Below are positions 62,049 to 64,000 of a DNA stretch of 64,000 nt, piece after piece; the first letter of the stretch is position 1, and the number at the start of each line of letters is the position of its first letter. A program made the translations under genes and the position numbers. The notes below the pieces were generated by a model that saw only the letters and a program-made list of their open reading frames with translations, was not told the origin of the DNA and did no database searches. The DNA lies in assembly GCA_963664405.1 (NCBI GenBank), contig OY761158.1:3200001-3264000 (forward strand), written 5' to 3'. The DNA comes from Thermoanaerobaculia bacterium. GTDB taxonomy: Bacteria; Acidobacteriota; Thermoanaerobaculia; Multivoradales; Multivoraceae.

Positions 62049-62896
62049 TGGTTGACTCGCAGATGCTGGATTACATGACGCGCAACGAGGCGGATATGGC
62101 CTTCAAGCGCCGTGTACACACGATTTTTGAGTGGATCAAGCCGACCGAAGATAAGCGCATTCTTGACTGCGCCTGCGGGCGGGGCTTTTATCTGAATATG
62201 TTTCGCTATGTCAGCGATTGCGCGTTGGTCGGCCTCGAACTGGAATGGGATGTAATAAATATGGCGCGGCGCAGTGTCGGCAATTTGTCAGATCTCATGC
62301 TGACTAATGCCAGTATCGATCACCTACCGTATGCCGATGACAGCTTTGATGGTGTGATTCTTTCAGAGATTCTTGAACACATCGAGGACGATGTGGGTGG
62401 TCTCCGCGAGGTTTACCGCGTACTGAAGCGCGGCGGCACCGTCGCCATAACAGTGCCGAATGCCAACTACCCTTTCTGGTGGGACCCGCTCAATAGGACA
62501 CTGGAGACTATACTCGGGACGCATATTCACGCGGGGCCACTGGCCGGAATATGGGCCAATCACGTGCGTCTCTACGACTCGGAACAGCTGCATGATGCCG
62601 TTCGTTCGGCGGGCTTTTATGTCGAAGAGGAGCGTTCTTTCACCCATTATTGCTTCCCTTTCATTCATAATTTTGTCTATGGTCTCGGAAAACCCCTCTT
62701 AGAGTCCGGCTGGCTGCCGGAAGCGATGGCGGACGCCGTAGACCGCACAGCATTCAACAAGAGCAATGGGAGCGTGTTGAACCCGATGAATGTCGGTCTC
62801 AAGGTGTTGAACTTCTTTGATCGCAAGAATGTCATGAGCGAGCCCGCGGGGCTTTCAACGGTGAATTTGTGCGTCAAGGCGCGGAAGGCTGAGTAG
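62045..62896 (+). CDS. Class I SAM-dependent methyltransferase
   Basis: LDCACGRG, LPYADDSFD, EILEH, RVLKRGG, TVPN. Confidence 0.88.
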   Translation: MMVDSQMLDYMTRNEADMAFKRRVHTIFEWIKPTEDKRILDCACGRGFYLNMFRYVSDCALVGLELEWDVINMARRSVGNLSDLMLTNASIDHLPYADDSFDGVILSEILEHIEDDVGGLREVYRVLKRGGTVAITVPNANYPFWWDPLNRTLETILGTHIHAGPLAGIWANHVRLYDSEQLHDAVRSAGFYVEEERSFTHYCFPFIHNFVYGLGKPLLESGWLPEAMADAVDRTAFNKSNGSVLNPMNVGLKVLNFFDRKNVMSEPAGLSTVNLCVKARKAE

Positions 62897-63048
62897 CCGC
62901 CGTGAGGGACTTTTGGCCCGCTGCATGAGAACTTTGACGAGGAAGGCGCTGGGATCTCGTAGCGGGCGCCAGTCGGTGCATGCGGGGGCGTTCATCTTCG
63001 TCTCCTCGACGAGGATGGGTTAGGTTGTCTACGGAGCCGCTTCCGACA

Positions 63049-64000
63049 ATGGCCTGGTTCCGAAAACCCTATTTCGGTCTGGTGCTCATTCTCGCGGTCG
63101 CGGGCTTTTTTCGCTTCGTGGGTCTCCACTGGGATGCTGCTCCTGAAGAGCAGCGCGATGGCTCGGTTCGAGTCGAGGAGCACCACCTCCACCCCGACGA
63201 GCGCTTTTTGACGTCGGTGACCACGCAACTGGAACTGCCCGAGTCGTTATCCCAATACTTCGCGACTCGGCAGTCGCCGCTCAACCCCCACAATAAGGGG
63301 TTTGGTTTCTTCGTTTACGGCACTTTTCCTATCTTCTTTACAAAAGTCCTGGGGGAGGTACTGGGCTTGGGTGGCTACGGCGACATCCACATCGTGGGGA
63401 GGGTTTTGTCGACGCTATCGAGCCTGTTGACGGTCGTTCTGCTCTACTTTCTTGGGCGTCGCCTCTACGACGAGAAGGTCGCGCTGCTCGGTGCGGGGCT
63501 CTTGACCCTCGCGGTGCTACCGATACAGCAGGCGCACTTCTACACCGTTGACAGCATGGCAAACGTTTTCGTCCTCGCCGGCCTAATTGCCGCGACGGTG
63601 ATCCAACGCGGCAGAGGTTGGCGACCCTACATCTTCTTCGGCTTGGCGCTAGGCTTGGCGATGGCGTGCAAGATGAGCGTGTTCACGCTCTCCCTCACTT
63701 CGGCTGCGGCGGCCGCTGCCACTCTGGTCGGGGAGCCGGGCAAGGGCCCGGCGAAGCCAGCAAGGTGGCTGTTGACGGGTCTGCGCCTGGCGGCCGCGGC
63801 GGGGATCGCCTTTCTGGTCTTTCGGCTGTTTCAGCCGTACGCTTTCTCCGGGCCTGGATTCTTCCGCATGTATCTCAGCCGAGCGTGGTGGGCGAACATG
63901 CAGGAGGTCAGCGATCTCGTATCCGGGGCCCGCGATTTTCCACCGGGGCATCAGTGGGCGGATAGGCCGGCACTTTGGTTTCCGTGGTGGAACATGGTGG
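63049..64000 (+). CDS. GT39/PMT-like membrane glycosyltransferase (runs off right edge; absent from ORF track)
   Basis: Manual translation MAWFRKPYFGLVLILAVAGFFRFVGLHWD...HLHPDERFL...SPLNP...FVYGTFP...IQQAHFYTVD. Confidence 0.8.
   Translation, partial: MAWFRKPYFGLVLILAVAGFFRFVGLHWDAAPEEQRDGSVRVEEHHLHPDERFLTSVTTQLELPESLSQYFATRQSPLNPHNKGFGFFVYGTFPIFFTKVLGEVLGLGGYGDIHIVGRVLSTLSSLLTVVLLYFLGRRLYDEKVALLGAGLLTLAVLPIQQAHFYTVDSMANVFVLAGLIAATVIQRGRGWRPYIFFGLALGLAMACKMSVFTLSLTSAAAAAATLVGEPGKGPAKPARWLLTGLRLAAAAGIAFLVFRLFQPYAFSGPGFFRMYLSRAWWANMQEVSDLVSGARDFPPGHQWADRPALWFPWWNMV

Overview
GC-rich bacterial window. The GWxTD and VWA surface proteins suggest Acidobacteriota (inference). Most of it is accessory metabolism and envelope genes: AcnX pair, fumC, sulfatases, an hcrCAB-like molybdoenzyme, a mesaconyl-CoA isomerase-like CoA-transferase, gdhA, two-component systems and glycosyltransferases. 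Main findings: (1) a 12.7-kb minus-strand operon (39133-51808) encoding three multiheme c-type cytochromes (5+8+10 CxxCH), a beta-barrel, a 4-His membrane protein, a double cNMP-binding/4x[4Fe-4S] protein, a dual-FHA protein and a TrxB-like-FHA-FHA-[2Fe-2S] fusion, converging on a Ser/Thr kinase; this is a candidate trans-envelope electron conduit tied to phospho- and cNMP signalling. (2) An AhpD-like gene read through an in-frame UGA in a CxxU motif (probable selenoprotein). (3) Three 166-167 bp CTAG-bounded palindromic elements with divergent sequence but conserved, strand-specific structure, two of which exactly bracket one gene. (4) A 62-bp REP-like tandem array beside gene remnants. Four single-base frameshifts in otherwise intact genes look like sequencing or assembly indels. 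No rRNA, tRNA, CRISPR array or transposase was seen. All product calls are from motif recognition by eye; no database searches were run.
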